From assembly GCA_964016885.1 (NCBI GenBank), contig OZ024744.1, positions 133,734,001 to 133,798,000 of the forward strand: a stretch of 64,000 bases of DNA. The letters are read 5' to 3'. Positions 1 to 12,700 of the stretch are shown here, in pieces. The position numbers were made by a program, and so were the translations under genes. The notes under the pieces are model-generated. The model worked only from the letters and a program-made list of their open reading frames with translations. It did no database searches and was not told where the DNA came from. How positions within the stretch are numbered: the first letter of the stretch is position 1; the number at the start of each line of letters is the position of its first letter. The DNA comes from Eledone cirrhosa. Lineage: Eukaryota.

Positions 1-886
1 CAGTTAAGTTGGGGATAAGTTAAGTTGTTGTTAAGTTAAGTTGGGGCTAAGTTAAGTTGGGGCTGAGTTAAGTTGGGGCTGAGTTAAGTTGGGGTTAAGT
101 TAAGTTGGGGTTGAGTTAAGTTGGGGTTAAGTTAAGTTGGGGTCAAGTTAAGTTGGGGTTAAGTTGGGGTTAAGTTAAGTTAGGTTTAAGTTAATTTGGG
201 GTTAAGTTAAGTTGGGGTTACGTTAAGTTGGTGTTAAGTTAAGTTGGGGTTAATTTAAGTTGGGGTTAATTAAGTTGGGGTTAAGTTAAGTTGGGGATAA
301 GTTAAGTTGGGGTTAATTTAAGTTGGGGTTGAGTTAAGTTGGGGTTAAGTTAAGTTGGGGTTATATTAAGTTGGGGTTAAGTTAAGTTGGGGTTCAGTTA
401 AGTTGGGGATAAGTTAAGTTGGGGTTAAGTTAAGTTGTTGTTAAGTTAAGTTGGGGCTAAGTTAAGTTGGGGCTGAGTTAAGTTGGGGCTGAGTTAAGTT
501 GGGGTTAAGTTAAGTTGGGGTTGAGTTAAGTTGGGGTTAAGTTAAGTTGGGGTCAAGTTAAGTTGGGGTTAAGCTGGGGTTAAGTTAGGTTAGGTTTAAG
601 TTAAGTTGGGGTTAAGTTAAGTTGGGGTTAAGTTAAGTTGGGGTTAAGTTAAGTTGGGGTTAAGTTAATTTGTGGTTAAGTTAAGTTGGGGTTAAGTTAA
701 GTTGGGGTTAAGTTAAGTTGGGGTTAAGTTAAGTCGGGGTTAAGTTAAGTTGGGGTTAAGTTAAGTTGGGGTTAATTTAAGTTGGGGTTAAGTTAAGTTG
801 GGGTTAAGTTAAGTTGGGGTTAAGTTAAGATGGGGTTAAGTTAAGTTGGGGTTAAGTTAAGTTGAGGTTAAGTTAAGTTGGGGTCA

Positions 887-3800
887 AGTTAAGTTGGGGT
901 TAAGTTGGGGTTAAGTTAAGTTAGGTTTAAGTTAAGTTGGGGTTAAGTTAAGTTGGGGTTAAGTTAAGTTGGGGTTAAGTTAAGTTGGGGCTAAGTTAAG
1001 TTGGGGCTGAGTTAAGTTGGGGTTAAGTTAAGTTGGGGTTAAGTTAAGTTGGGGTTCATTTAAGTTGGGGTTTATTTAAGTTGGGGTTACGTTAAGTTGG
1101 TGTTAAGTTAAGTTGGGGTTAATTTAAGTTGGGGTTAATTAAGTTGGGGTTAAGTTAAGTTGGGGATAAGTTAAGTTAGGGTTAATTTAAGTTGGGGTTG
1201 AGTTAAGTTGGGGTTAAGTTAAGTTGGGGTTATATTGAGTTGGGGTTAAGTTAAGTTGGGGTTCAGTTAAGTTGGGGATAAGTTAAGTTGGGGTTAAGTT
1301 AAGTTGGGGTTAAGTTAAGTTGGGGTTAAGTTAAGTTGGTGTTAAGTTAAGTTGTGGCTAAGTTAAGTTGGGGCTGAGTTAAGTTGGGGCTGAGTTAAGT
1401 TGGGGTTAAGTTAAGTTGGGGTTGAGTTAAGTTGGGGTTAAGTTAAGTTGGGGTCAAGTTAAGTTGGGGTTAAGTTGGGGTTAAGTTAAGTTAGGTTTAA
1501 GTTAAGTTGGGGTTCAGTTAAGTTGGGGTTAAGTTAAGTTGGGGTTAAGTTAAGTTGGGGTTAAGTTAAGTTGGGGTTAAGTTAATTTGTGGTTAAGTTA
1601 AGTTGGGGTTAAGTTAAGTTGGGATTAAGTTAAGTTGGGGTTAAGTTAAGTCGGGGTTAAGTTAAGTTGGGGTTAAGTTAAGTTGGGGTTAATTTAAGTT
1701 GGGGTTAAGTTAAGTTGGGGTTAAGTTAAGTTGGGGTTAAGTTAAGATGGGGTTAAGTTAAGTTGGGGTTAAGTTAAGTTGAGGTTAATTTAAGTTGGGG
1801 TTAAATTAAGTTGGGGTTACGTTAAGTTGGTGTTAAGTTAAGTTGGGGTTAAGTTAAGTTGGGGTTAAGTTAAGTTGGGGTTAAGTTAAGTTGGGGCTAA
1901 GTTAAGTTGGGGCTGAGTTAAGTTGGGGTTAAGTTAAGTTGGGGTTAAGTTAAGTTGGGGTTAAGTTAAGTTGGGGTTTATTTAAGTTGGGGTTAAATTA
2001 AGTTGGGGTTCAGTAAAGTTGGGGTTAAGATAAGTTGGGGTTAAGATGGGGTTAAATTAAGTTGGGGTTAAGTTAAGTTGGGGTTAAGTTAAGTTGGGGT
2101 TAAGTTAAGTTGGGGTTAAGTTAAGTCGGGGTTAAGTTAAGTCGGGGTTAAGTTAAGTTAGGGTTCAGTTAAGTTGGGGTTAAGTTAAGTTGGGGTTGAG
2201 TTAAGTTGGGGTTGAGTTAAATTGGGGTTGAGTTAAGTTGGGGTTGAGTTAAGTTGGTTTTGAGTTAAGTTGGGGTTAAGTTAAGTTGGGGTTAAGTTAA
2301 GTTGCAGTTAAGTTAAGTTGAGGTTAAGTTAAGGTGCGGTTAAGTTAAGTTGGGGTTAAGTTAAGTTGGGGCTAAGTTAAGTTGGGGCTAAGTTAAGTCG
2401 GGGCTAAGTTAAGTTGGGGTTAAGTTAAGTTGAGGTTAATTTAATTTGGGGTTAAGTTGGGGTTAAGTTAAGTTGGGGTTAAGTTAAGTTGGGGTTAAGT
2501 TAAGTTGGGTTTAAGTTAAGTTGGGGTTAAGTTAAGTTGGGGTCAAGTTAAGTTGGGGTTAAGTTAAGTTGGTTAGTTAAGTTGAGTTTAAGTTAAGTTG
2601 GGGTTAATTTAAGTTGGGGTTAAGTTAAGTTGGGGTTAAGTTAAGTTGGGGTTAAGTTAAGTTGGGGTTGAGTTAAGTTGGGGTTAAGTTAAGTCGGGGT
2701 TAATTTAAGTCGGGGTTAAGTTAAGTTGGGGTTGAGTTAAGTTGGGGTTGAGTTAAATTGGCGTTGAGTTAAGTTGGGGTTGAGTTAAGTTGGTGTTGAG
2801 TTAAGTTGGGGTTAAGTTAAGTTGGGGTTAAGTTAAGTTGCAGTTAAGTTAAGTTGGGGTTAAGTTAAGTTGGGGTTAAGTTAAGTTGCAGTTAAGTTAA
2901 GTTGGGGTTAAGTTGGGGTTAAGTTAAGTTAGGTTTAAGTTAAGTTGGGGTTAAGTTAAGTTGGGGTTAAGTTAAGTTGGGGTTAAGTTAAGTTGGGGCT
3001 AAGTTAAGTTGGGGCTGAGTTAAGTTGGGGTTAAGTTAAGTTGGGGTTAAGTTAAGTTGGGGTTCATTTAAGTTGGGGTTTATTTAAGTTGGGGTTACGT
3101 TAAGTTGGTGTTAAGTTAAGTTGGGGTTAATTTAAGTTGGGGTTAATTAAGTTGGGGTTAAGTTAAGTTGGGGATAAGTTAAGTTGGGGTTAATTTAAGT
3201 TGGGGTTGAGTTAAGTTGGGGTTAAGTTAAGTTGGGGTTATATTGAGTTGGGGTTAAGTTAAGTTGGGGTTCAGTTAAGTTGGGGATAAGTTAAGTTGGG
3301 GTTAAGTTAAGTTGGGGTTAAGTTAAGTTGGGGTTAAGTTAAGTTGGTGTTAAGTTAAGTTGTGGCTAAGTTAAGTTGGGGCTGAGTTAAGTTGGGGCTG
3401 AGTTAAGTTGGGGTTAAGTTAAGTTGGGGTTGAGTTAAGTTGGGGTTAAGTTAAGTTGGGGTCAAGTTAAGTTGGGGTTAAGTTGGGGTTAAGTTAAGTT
3501 AGGTTTAAGTTAAGTTGGGGTTAAGTTAAGTTGGGGTTAAGTTAAGTTGGGGTTAAGTTAAGTTGGGGTTAAGTTAAGTTGGGGTTAAGTTAATTTGTGG
3601 TTAAGTTAAGTTGGGGTTAAGTTAAGTTGGGATTAAGTTAAGTTGGGGTTAAGTTAAGTCGGGGTTAAGTTATGTTGGGGTTAAGTTAAGTTGGGGTTAA
3701 TTTAAGTTGGGGTTAAGTTAAGTTGGGGTTAAGTTAAGTTGGGGTTAAGTTAAGATGGGGTTAAGTTAAGTTGGGGTTAAGTTAAGTTGAGGTTAATTTA

Positions 3801-4860
3801 AGTTGGGGTTAAATTAAGTTGGGGTTACGTTAAGTTGGTGTTAAGTTAAGTTGGGGTTAAGTTAAGTTGGGGTTAAGTTAAGTTGGGGTTAAGTTAAGTT
3901 GGGGCTAAGTTAAGTTGGGGCTGAGTTAAGTTGGGGTTAAGTTAAGTTGGGGTTAAGTTAAGTTGGGGTTAAGTTAAGTTGGGGTTTATTTAAGTTGGGG
4001 TTAAATTAAGTTGGGGTTCAGTTAAGTTGGGGTTAAGATAAGTTGGGGTTAAGATGGGGTTAAATTAAGTTGGGGTTAAGTTAAGTTGGGGTTAAGTTAA
4101 GTTGGGGTTAAGTTAAGTTGGGGTTAAGTTAAGTCGGGGTTAAGTTAAGTCGGGGTTAAGTTAAGTTAGGGTTCAGTTAAGTTGGGGTTAAGTTAAGTTG
4201 GGGTTGAGTTAAGTTGGGGTTGAGTTAAATTGGGGTTGAGTTAAGTTGGGGTTGAGTTAAGTTGGTTTTGAGTTAAGTTGGGGTTAAGTTAAGTTGGGGT
4301 TAAGTTAAGTTGCAGTTAAGTTAAGTTGAGGTTAAGTTAAGGTGCGGTTAAGTTAAGTTGGGGTTAAGTTAAGTTGGGGCTAAGTTAAGTTGGGGCTAAG
4401 TTAAGTTGGGACTAAGTTAAGTTGGGGTTAAGTTAAGTTGAGGTTAATTTAATTTGGGGTTAAGTTGGGGTTAAGTTAAGTTGGGGTTAAGTTAAGTTGG
4501 GGTTAAGTTAAGTTGGGTTTAAGTTAAGTTGGGGTTAAGTTAAGTTGGGGTCAAGTTAAGTTGGGGTTAAGTTAAGTTGGTTAGTTAAGTTGAGTTTAAG
4601 TTAAGTTGGGGTTAATTTAAGTTGGGGTTAAGTTAAGTTGGGGTTAAGTTAAGTTGGGGTTAAGTTAAGTTGGGGTTGAGTTAAGTTGGGGTTAAGTTAA
4701 GTCGGGGTTAATTTAAGTCGGGGTTAAGTTAAGTTGGGGTTGAGTTAAGTTGGGGTTGAGTTAAATTGGCGTTGAGTTAAGTTGGGGTTGAGTTAAGTTG
4801 GTGTTGAGTTAAGTTGGGGTTAATTTAAGTTGGGGTTAAGTTAAGTTGCAGTTAAGTTAA
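887..4860 (+). repeat. Tandem duplication of a 2008-bp higher-order block (copy 1 about 887-2894, copy 2 about 2895-4860)
   Basis: Rare variants recur at a constant +2008 offset: TAGGTTT 923/2931, TTCATTT 1057/3065, TATTGAG 1237/3245, GGGATT 1624/3632, TTGGCG 2762/4770, TTGCAG 2841/4849. Confidence 0.88.
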
Positions 4861-6580
4861 GTTGAGGTTAAGTTAAGGTGGGGTTAAGTTAAGTCGGGGT
4901 TAAGTTAAGTTGTGGTTGAGTTAAGTTGGGGTTAATTTAAGTTGGGGCTAAGTTAATTTGTGGTTAAGTTAAGTTGGGGTTAAGTTAAGTTGGGGTTGAG
5001 TTAAGTTGGGGTTGAGTTAATTTGGGGTTAAGTTAAGTTGGGGTTAAGTTAAGTTGGGTTTAAGTTAAGTTGGGGTTAAATTAAGTTGGGGTTAAATTAA
5101 GTTGGGGTTAAGTTAAGTTGGGGGTAAGTTAAGTTGGGGGCAAGTTAAGTTGGGGTTAATTTAAGTTGGGGTTAAATTAAGTTGGGGTTACGTTAAGTTG
5201 GTGTTAAGTTAAGTTGGGGTTAATTTAAGTTGGGGTTAATTAAGTTGGGGTTAAGTTAAGTTGGGGTTAAGTTAAGTTGGGGTTAATTTAAGTTGGGGTT
5301 GAGTTAAGTTGGGGTTCAGTTAAGTTGGGGATAAGTTAAGTTGGGGTTAAGTTAAGTTGGGGTTAAGTTAAGTTGGGGTTAAGTTAAGTTGGTGTTAAGT
5401 TAAGTTGGGGCTAAGTTAAGTTGGGGCTGAGTTAAGTTGGGGCTGAGTTAAGTTGGGGTTAAGTTAAGTTGGGGTTGAGTTAAGTTGGGGTTAAGTTAAG
5501 TTGGGGTCAAGTTAAGTTGGGGTTAAGTTGGGGTTAAGTTAAGTTAGGTTTAAGTTAAGTTGGGGTTAAGTTAAGTTGGGGTTAAGTTAAGTTGGGGTTA
5601 AGTTAAGTTGGGGTTAAGTTAATTTGTGGTTAAGTTAAGTTGGGGTTAAGTTAAGTTGCGGTTAAGTTAAGTTGGGGTTAAGTTAAGTCGGGGTTAAGTT
5701 AAGTTGGGGTTAAGTTAAGTTGGGGTTAAGTTAAGTTGCAGTTAAGTTAAGTTGAGGTTAAGTTAAGGTGCGGTTAAGTTAAGTTGGGGTTAAGTTAAGT
5801 TGGGGCTAAGTTAAGTTGGGGCTAAGTTAAGTTGGGGCTAAGTTAAGTTGGGGTTAAGTTAAGTTGAGGTTAATTTAAGTTGGGGTTAAGTTGGGGTTAA
5901 GTTAAGTTGGGGTTAAGTTAAGTTGGGGTTAAGTTAAGTTGGGTTTAAGTTAAGTTGGGGTTAAGTTAAGTTGGGGTCAAGTTAAGTTGGGGTTAAGTTA
6001 AGTTGGGTTTAAGTTAAGTTGGGGTTAAGTTAAGTTGGGGATAAGTTAAGTTGGGGTTAAGTTAAGTTGGGGTTAAGTTAAGTTGGGGTTAAGTTAAGTT
6101 GGGGTTAATTTAAGTTGGGGTTTATTTAAGTTGGGGTTACGTTAAGTTGGTGTTAAGTTAAGTTGGGGTTAATTTAAGTTGGGGTTAATTAAGTTGGGGT
6201 TAAGTTAAGTTGGGGTTAATTTAAGTTGGGGTTGAGTTAAGTTGGGGTTAAGTTAAGTTGGGGTTATATTAAGTTGGGGTTAAGTTAAGTTGGGGTTCAG
6301 TTAAGTTTGGTATAAGTTAAGTTGGGGTTAAGTTAAGTTGGGGTTAAGTTAAGTTGGGGTTAAGTTAAGTTGGTGTTAAGTTAAGTTGGGGCTAAGTTAA
6401 GTTGGGGCTGAGTTAAGTTGGGGCTGAGTTAAGTTGGGGTTAAGTTAAGTTGGGGTCAAGTTAAGTTGGGGTTAAGCTGGGGTTAAGTAAGTTAGGTTTA
6501 AGTTAAGTTGGGGTTAAGTTAAGTTGGGGTTAAGTTAAGTTGGGGGTTAAGCTAAGTTGGGGTTAAGTTAAGTTGGGGTT

Positions 6581-6753
6581 AACCCCAACTTAACTTAACC
6601 CCAACTTCACTCAACCCCAACGTAACTCAACCCCAACTTAACTTAACCCCAACTTCACTCAACCCCAACTTAACTTAACCCCAACTTCACTCAACCACAA
6701 CTTCCAACTTGACTTAACCCCAACTTAACTTAGCCCCAACTTAACTTATGCCC
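6581..6753 (-). repeat. Inverted 173-bp satellite cassette, copy 1 (type A)
   Basis: The + strand switches to AACCCCAACTTAACTT... at 6581 and returns to the G-rich orientation after ...TTATGCCC at 6753. Perfect 54-bp palindrome at 6554-6607. Confidence 0.97.
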
Positions 6754-9700
6754 TAAGTCGGGGTTAAGTTAAGTTGGCGTTAAGTTAAGTTAGGCTTAAC
6801 TTAAGTTGGGGTTCAGTTAAGTTGGGGGTAAGTTAAGTTGGGGGTAAGTTAAGTTGGGGTTAAGTTAAGTTGCGGTTAAGTTGGGGTTAAGTTAAGTTAG
6901 GGTTAAGTTAAGTTGGGGTTGAGTTAAGTTGGGGTTAATTAAGTGGTGGTTATGTTAAGTTGGGGTTAAGTTAAGTTGGGGTTAATTTAAATTGGGGTTA
7001 AGTTAACTTTGTGGTTAATTTAAGTTGGGGTTAAGTTAAGTTGGGGTTAAGTTGGGGTTGAGTTAAGTTGGGGTTGAGTGAAGTTGGGGTTAAGTTAAGT
7101 TGGGGTTAAGTTAAGTTGGGGTTAAGTTAGCTCGGGGTTAAGTTAAGTTGTGGTTGAGTTAAGTTGGGGTTAATTTAAGTTGGGGCTAAGTTAATTTGTG
7201 GTTAAGTTAAGTTGGGGTTAAGTTAAGTTGGGGTTAAGTTAAGTTGGGGTTGAGTTAAGTTGGGGTTGAGTTAATTTGGGGTTAAGTTAAGTTGGGGTTA
7301 AATTAAGTTGGGGTTAAATTAAGTTGGGGTTAAGTTACGTTGGGGGTAAGTTAAGTTGGGGGCAAGTTAAGTTGGGGTTAATTTAAGTTGGGGTTAAATT
7401 AAGTTGGGGTTACGTTAAGTTGGTGTTAAGTTAAGTTGGGGTTAATTTAAATTGGGGTTAATTAAGTTGGGGTTAAGTTAAGTTGGGGTTAAGTTAAGTT
7501 GGGGTTAATTTAAGTTGGGGTTGAGTTAAGTTGGGGTTAAGTTAAGTTGGGGTTATATTAAGTTGGGGTTAAGTTAAGTTGGGGTTCAGTTAAGTTGGGG
7601 ATAAGTTAAGTTGGGGTTAAGTTAAGTTGGGGTTAAGTTAAGGTGGGGTTAAGTTAAGTTGGTGTTAAGTTAAGTTGGGGCTAAGTTAAGTTGGGGCTGA
7701 GTTAAGTTGGGGCTGAGTTAAGTTGGGGTTAAGTTAAGTTGGGGTTGAGTTAAGTTGGGGTTAAGTTAAGTTGGGGTCAAGTTAAGTTGGGGTTAAGTTG
7801 GGGTTAAGTTAAGTTGGGGTTAAGTTAAGTTGGGGTTAAGTTAAGTCGGGGTTAAGTTAAGTTGGGGTTAAGTTAAGTTGGGGTTAATTTAAGTTGGGGT
7901 TAAGTTAAGTTGGGGTTAAGTTAAGTCGGGGTTAAGTTAAGTTGGGGTTAAGTTAAGTTGGGGTTAATTTAAGTTGGGGTTAAGTTAAGTTGGGGCTAAG
8001 TTAAGTTGAGGTTAAGTTAAGTTGGGGTTAAATTAAGTTGGGGTTAAGTTAAGTTGGGGTTAAGTTAAGTTGGGGTTAAGTTAAGTTGAGGTTAAGTTAA
8101 GTTGGCGTTAAATTAAGTTGGGGTTAAGTTAAGTTGGGGTTAAGTTAAGTTGGGTTTAAGTTAAGTTGGGGTTAAGTTAAGTTGGGGATAAGTTAAGTTG
8201 GGGTTAAGTTAAGTTGGGGTTAAGTTAAGTTGGGGTTAAGTTAAGTTGGGGTTAATTTAAGTTGGGGTTTATTTAAGTTGGGGTTACGTTAAGTTGGTGT
8301 TAAGTTAAGTTGGGGTTCAGTTAAGTTGGGGTTAAGTTAAGTTGGGGTTAAGATGGGGTTAAATTAAGTTGGGGTTAAGTTAAGTTGGGGTTAAGTTAAG
8401 TTGGGGTTAAGTTAAGTTGGGGTTAAGTTAAGTCGGGGTTAAGTTAAGTTAGGGTTCAGTTAAGTTGGGGTTAAGTTAAGTTGGGGTTGAGTTAAGTTGG
8501 GGTTGAGTTAAATTGGGGTTGAGTTAAGTTGGGGTTGAGTTAAGTTGGTGTTGAGTTAAGTTGGGGTTAAGTTAAGTTGGGGTTAAGTTAAGTTGGGGTT
8601 AATTTAAGTTGGGGTTCAGTTAAGTTGGGGTTCAGTTAAGTTGGGGATAAGTTAAGTTGGGGTTAAGTTAAGTTGGGGTTAAGTTAAGTTGGGGTTAAGT
8701 TAAGTTGGTGTTAAGTTAAGTTGGGGCTAAGTTAAGTTGGGGCTGAGTTAAGTTGGGGCTGAGTTAAGTTGGGGTTAAGTTAAGTTGGGGTTGAGTTAAG
8801 TTGGGGTTAAGTTAAGTTGGGGTCAGGTTAAGTTGGGGTTAAGTTGGGGTTAAGTTAAGTTAGGTTTAAGTTAAGTTGGGGTTAAGTTAAGTTGGGGTTA
8901 CGTTAAGTTGGTGTTAAGTTAAGTTGGGGTTAATTTAAGTTGGGGTTAATTAAGTTGGGGTTAAGTTAAGTTGGGGATAAGTTAAGTTGGGGTTAATTTA
9001 AGTTGGGGTTGAGTTAAGTTGGGGTTAAGTTAAGTTGGGGTTATATTAAGTTGGGGTTAAGTTAAGTTGGGGTTCAGTTAAGTTGGGGATAAGTTAAGTT
9101 GGGGTTAAGTTAAGTTGGGGTTAAGTTAAGTTGGGGTTAAGTTAAGTTGGTGTTAAGTTAAGTTGTGGCTAAGTTAAGTTGGGGCTGAGTTAAGTTGGGG
9201 CTGAGTTAAGTTGGGGTTAAGTTAAGTTGGGGTTGAGTTAAGTTGGGGTTAAGTTAAGTTGGGGTCAAGTTAAGTTGGGGTTAAGTTGGGGTTAAGTTAG
9301 GTTAGGTTTAAGTTAAGTTGGGGTTAAGTTAAGTTGGGGTTAAGTTAAGTTGGGGTTAAGTTAAGTTGGGGTTAATTTAAGTTGGGGTTAAGTTAATTTG
9401 TGGTTAAGTTAAGTTGGGGTTAAGTTAAGTTGGGGTTAAGTTAAGTTGGGGTTAAGTTAAGTCGGGGTTAAGTTAAGTTGGGGTTAAGTTAAGTTGGGGT
9501 TAATTTAAGTTGGGGTTAAGTTAAGTTGGGGTTAAGTTAAGTTGGGGTTAAGTTAAGATGGGGTTAAGTTAAGTTGGGGTTAAGTTAAGTTGAGGTTAAG
9601 TTAAGTTGGGGTCAAGTTAAGTTGGGGTTAAGTTGGGGTTAAGTTAAGTTAGGTTTAAGTTAAGTTGGGGTTAAGTTAAGTTGGGGTTACCTTAAGTTGG

Positions 9701-12700
9701 TGTTAAGTTAAGTTGGAGTTAATTTAAGTTGGGGTTAATTTAAGTTGGGGTTGAGTTAAGTTGGGGTTAAGTTAAGTTGGGGTTATATTAAGTTGGGGTT
9801 AAGTTAAGTTGGGGTTCAGTTAAGTTGGGGATAAGGTAAGTTGGGGTTAAGTTAAGTTGGGGTTAAGTTAAGTTGGGGTTAAGTTAAGTTGGTGTTAAGG
9901 TAAGTTGGGGCTAAGTTAAGTTGGGGCTGAATTAATTTGGGGCTGAGTTAAGTTGGGGTTAAGTTAAGTTGGGGTTGAGTTAAGTTGGGGTTAAGTTAAG
10001 TTGGGGTCAAGTTAAGTTGGGGTTAAGTTGGGGTTAAGTTAAGTTAGGTTTAAGTTAAGTTGGGGTTAAGTTAAGTTGGGGTTAAGTTAAGTTGGGGTTA
10101 AGTTCAGTTGGGGTTAAGTTAATTTGTGGTTAAGTTAAGTTGGGGTTAAGTTAAGTTGGGGTTAAGTTAAGTTGGGGTTAAATTAAGTTGGGGTTAAGTT
10201 AAGTTGGGGTTAAGTTAAGTTGGGGATAAGTTAAGTTGGGGATAATTTAAGTTGGGGTTAAGTTAAGTTGGGTTTAAGTTAAGTTGGGGTTAAGTTAAGT
10301 TGGGGATAAGTTAAGTTGGGGTTAAGTTAAGTTGGGGTTAAGTTAAGTTGGGGTTAAGTTAAGTTGGGGCTAAGTTAAGTTGGGGCTGAGTTAAGTTGGG
10401 GTTAAGTTAAGTTGGGGTTAAGTTAAGTTGGGGTTAATTTAAGTTGGGGTTTATTTAAGTTGGGGTTACGTTAAGTTGGTGTTAAGTTAAGTTGGGGTTA
10501 ATTTAAGTTGGGGTTAATTAAGTTGGGGTTAAGTTAAGTTGGGGATAAGTTAAGTTGGGGTTAATTTAAGTTGGGGTTGAGTTAAGTTGGGGTTAAGTTA
10601 AGTTGGGGTTATATTAAGTTGGGGTTAAGTTAAGTTGGGGTTCAGTTAAGTTGGGGATAAGTTAAGTTGGGGTTAAGTTAAGTTGGGGTGAAGTTAAGTT
10701 GGGGTTCAGTTAAGTTGGTGTTAAGTTAAGTTGTGGCTAAGTTAAGTTGGGGCTGAGTTAAGTTGGGGCTGAGTTAAGTTGGGGTTAAGTTTAGTTGGGG
10801 TTGAGTTAAGTTGGGGTTAAGTTAAGTTGGGGTCAAGTTAAGTTGGGGTTAAGTTGGGGTTAAGTTAAGTTAGGTTTAAGTTAAGTTGGGGTTAAGTTAA
10901 GTTGGGGTTAAGTTAAGTTGGGGTTAAGTTAAGTTGGGGTTAAGTTAAGTTGGGGTTAAGTTAATTTGTGGTTAAGTTAAGTTGGGGTTAAGTTAAGTTG
11001 GGGTTAAGTTAAGTTGGGGTTAAGTTAAGTCGGGGTTAAGTTAAGTTGGAGTTAAGTTAAGTTGGGGTTAAGTTAAGTTGGGGTTAAGTTAAGATGGGGT
11101 TAAGTTAAGATGGGGTTAAGTTAAGTTGGGGTTAAGTTAAGTTGAGGTTAAGTTAAGTTGGGGTTCAATTAAGTTGGGGTTAAGTTAAGTTGGGGTTAAG
11201 TTAAGTTGGGGTTAAGTTAAGTTGGGGATAAGTTAAGTTGGGGATAATTTAAGTTGGGGTTAAGTTAAGTTGGGTTTAAGTTAAGTTGGGGTTAAGTTAA
11301 GTTGGGGTTAAGTTAAGTTGGGGTTAAGTTAAGTTGGGGTTAAGTTGGGGTTAAGTTAAGTTGGGGCTAAGTTAAGTTGGGGCTGAGTTAAGTTGGGGTT
11401 AAGTTAAGTTGGGGTTAAGTTAAGTTGGGGTTAAGTTAAGTTGGGGTTTATTTAAGTTGGGGTTAAATTAAGTTGGGGTTCAGTTAAGTTGGGGTTAAGA
11501 TAAGTTGGGGTTAAGATGGGGTTAAATTAAGTTGGGGTTAAGTTAAGTTGGGGTTAAGTTAAGTTGGGGTTAAGTTAAGTTGGGGTTAAGTTAAGTCGGG
11601 GTTAAGTTAAGTCGGGGTTAAGTTAAGTTAGGGTTCAGTTAAGTTGGCGTTAAGTTAAGTTGGGGTTGAGTTAAGTTGGGGTTGAGTTAAATTGGGGTTG
11701 AGTTAAGTTGGGGTTGAGTTAAGTTGGTTTTGAGTTAAGTTGGGGTTAAGTTAAGTTGGGGTTAAGTTAAGTTGCAGTTAAGTTAAGTTGAGGTTAAGTT
11801 AAGGTGCGGTTAAGTTAAGTTGGGGTTAAGTTAAGTTGGGGCTAAGTTAAGTTGGGGCTAAGTTAAGTTGGGGCTAAGTTAAGTTGGGGTTAAGTTAAGT
11901 TGAGGTTAATTTAATTTGGGGTTAAGTTGGGGTTAAGTTAAGTTGGGGTTAAGTTAAGTTGGGGTTAAGTTAAGTTGGGTTTAAGTTAAGTTGGGGTTAA
12001 GTTAAGTTGGGGTCAAGTTAAGTTGGGGTTAAGTTAAGTTGGTTAGTTAAGTTGAGTTTAAGTTAAGTTGGGGTTAATTTAAGTTGGGGTTGAGTTAAGT
12101 TGGGGTTGAGTTAAATTGGCGTTGAGTTAAGTTGGGGTTGAGTTAAGTTGGTGTTGAGTTAAGTTGGGGTTAAGTTAAGTTGGGGTTAAGTTAAGTTGCA
12201 GTTAAGTTAAGTTGAGGTTAAGTTAAGGTGGGGTTAAGTTAAGTCGGGGTTAAGTTAAGTTGTGGTTGAGTTAAGTTGGGGTTAATTTAAGTTGGGGCTA
12301 AGTTAATTTGTGGTTAAGTCAAGTTGGGGTTAAGTTAAGTTGGGGTTAAGTTAAGTTGGGGTTGAGTTAAGTTGGGGTTGAGTTAATTTGGGGTTAAGTT
12401 AAGTTGGGGTTAAGTTAAGTTGGGTTTAAGTTAAGTTGGGGTTAAATTAAGTTGGGGTTAAATTAAGTTGGGGTTAAGTTAAGTTGGGGGTAAGTTAAGT
12501 TGGGGGCAAGTTAAGTTGGGGTTAATTTAAGTTGGGGTTAAATTAAGTTGGGGTTACGTTAAGTTGGTGTTAAGTTAAGTTGGTGTTAATTTAAGTTGGG
12601 GTTAATTAAGTTGGGGTTAAGTTAAGTTGGGGTTAAGTTAAGTTGGGGTTAATTTAAGTTGGGGTTAAGTTAAGTTGGGGTTAAGTTAAGTTGAGGTTAA

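Noticed and set aside
6554-6607. Telomere-telomere fusion site or rho-independent terminator
   Set aside because: The G-to-C strand switch resembles a head-to-head fusion, but orientation reverts after 173 bp and the same junction recurs seven times. There is no gene context or U-tract for a terminator.
6581-6753. MITE or piggyBac-type insertion at a TTAA site
   Set aside because: The cassette is entirely reverse-complement satellite, with no foreign sequence, no terminal inverted repeats of its own and no clean TTAA target duplication. Copies share flanks, so they spread by segmental duplication and not by independent insertion.
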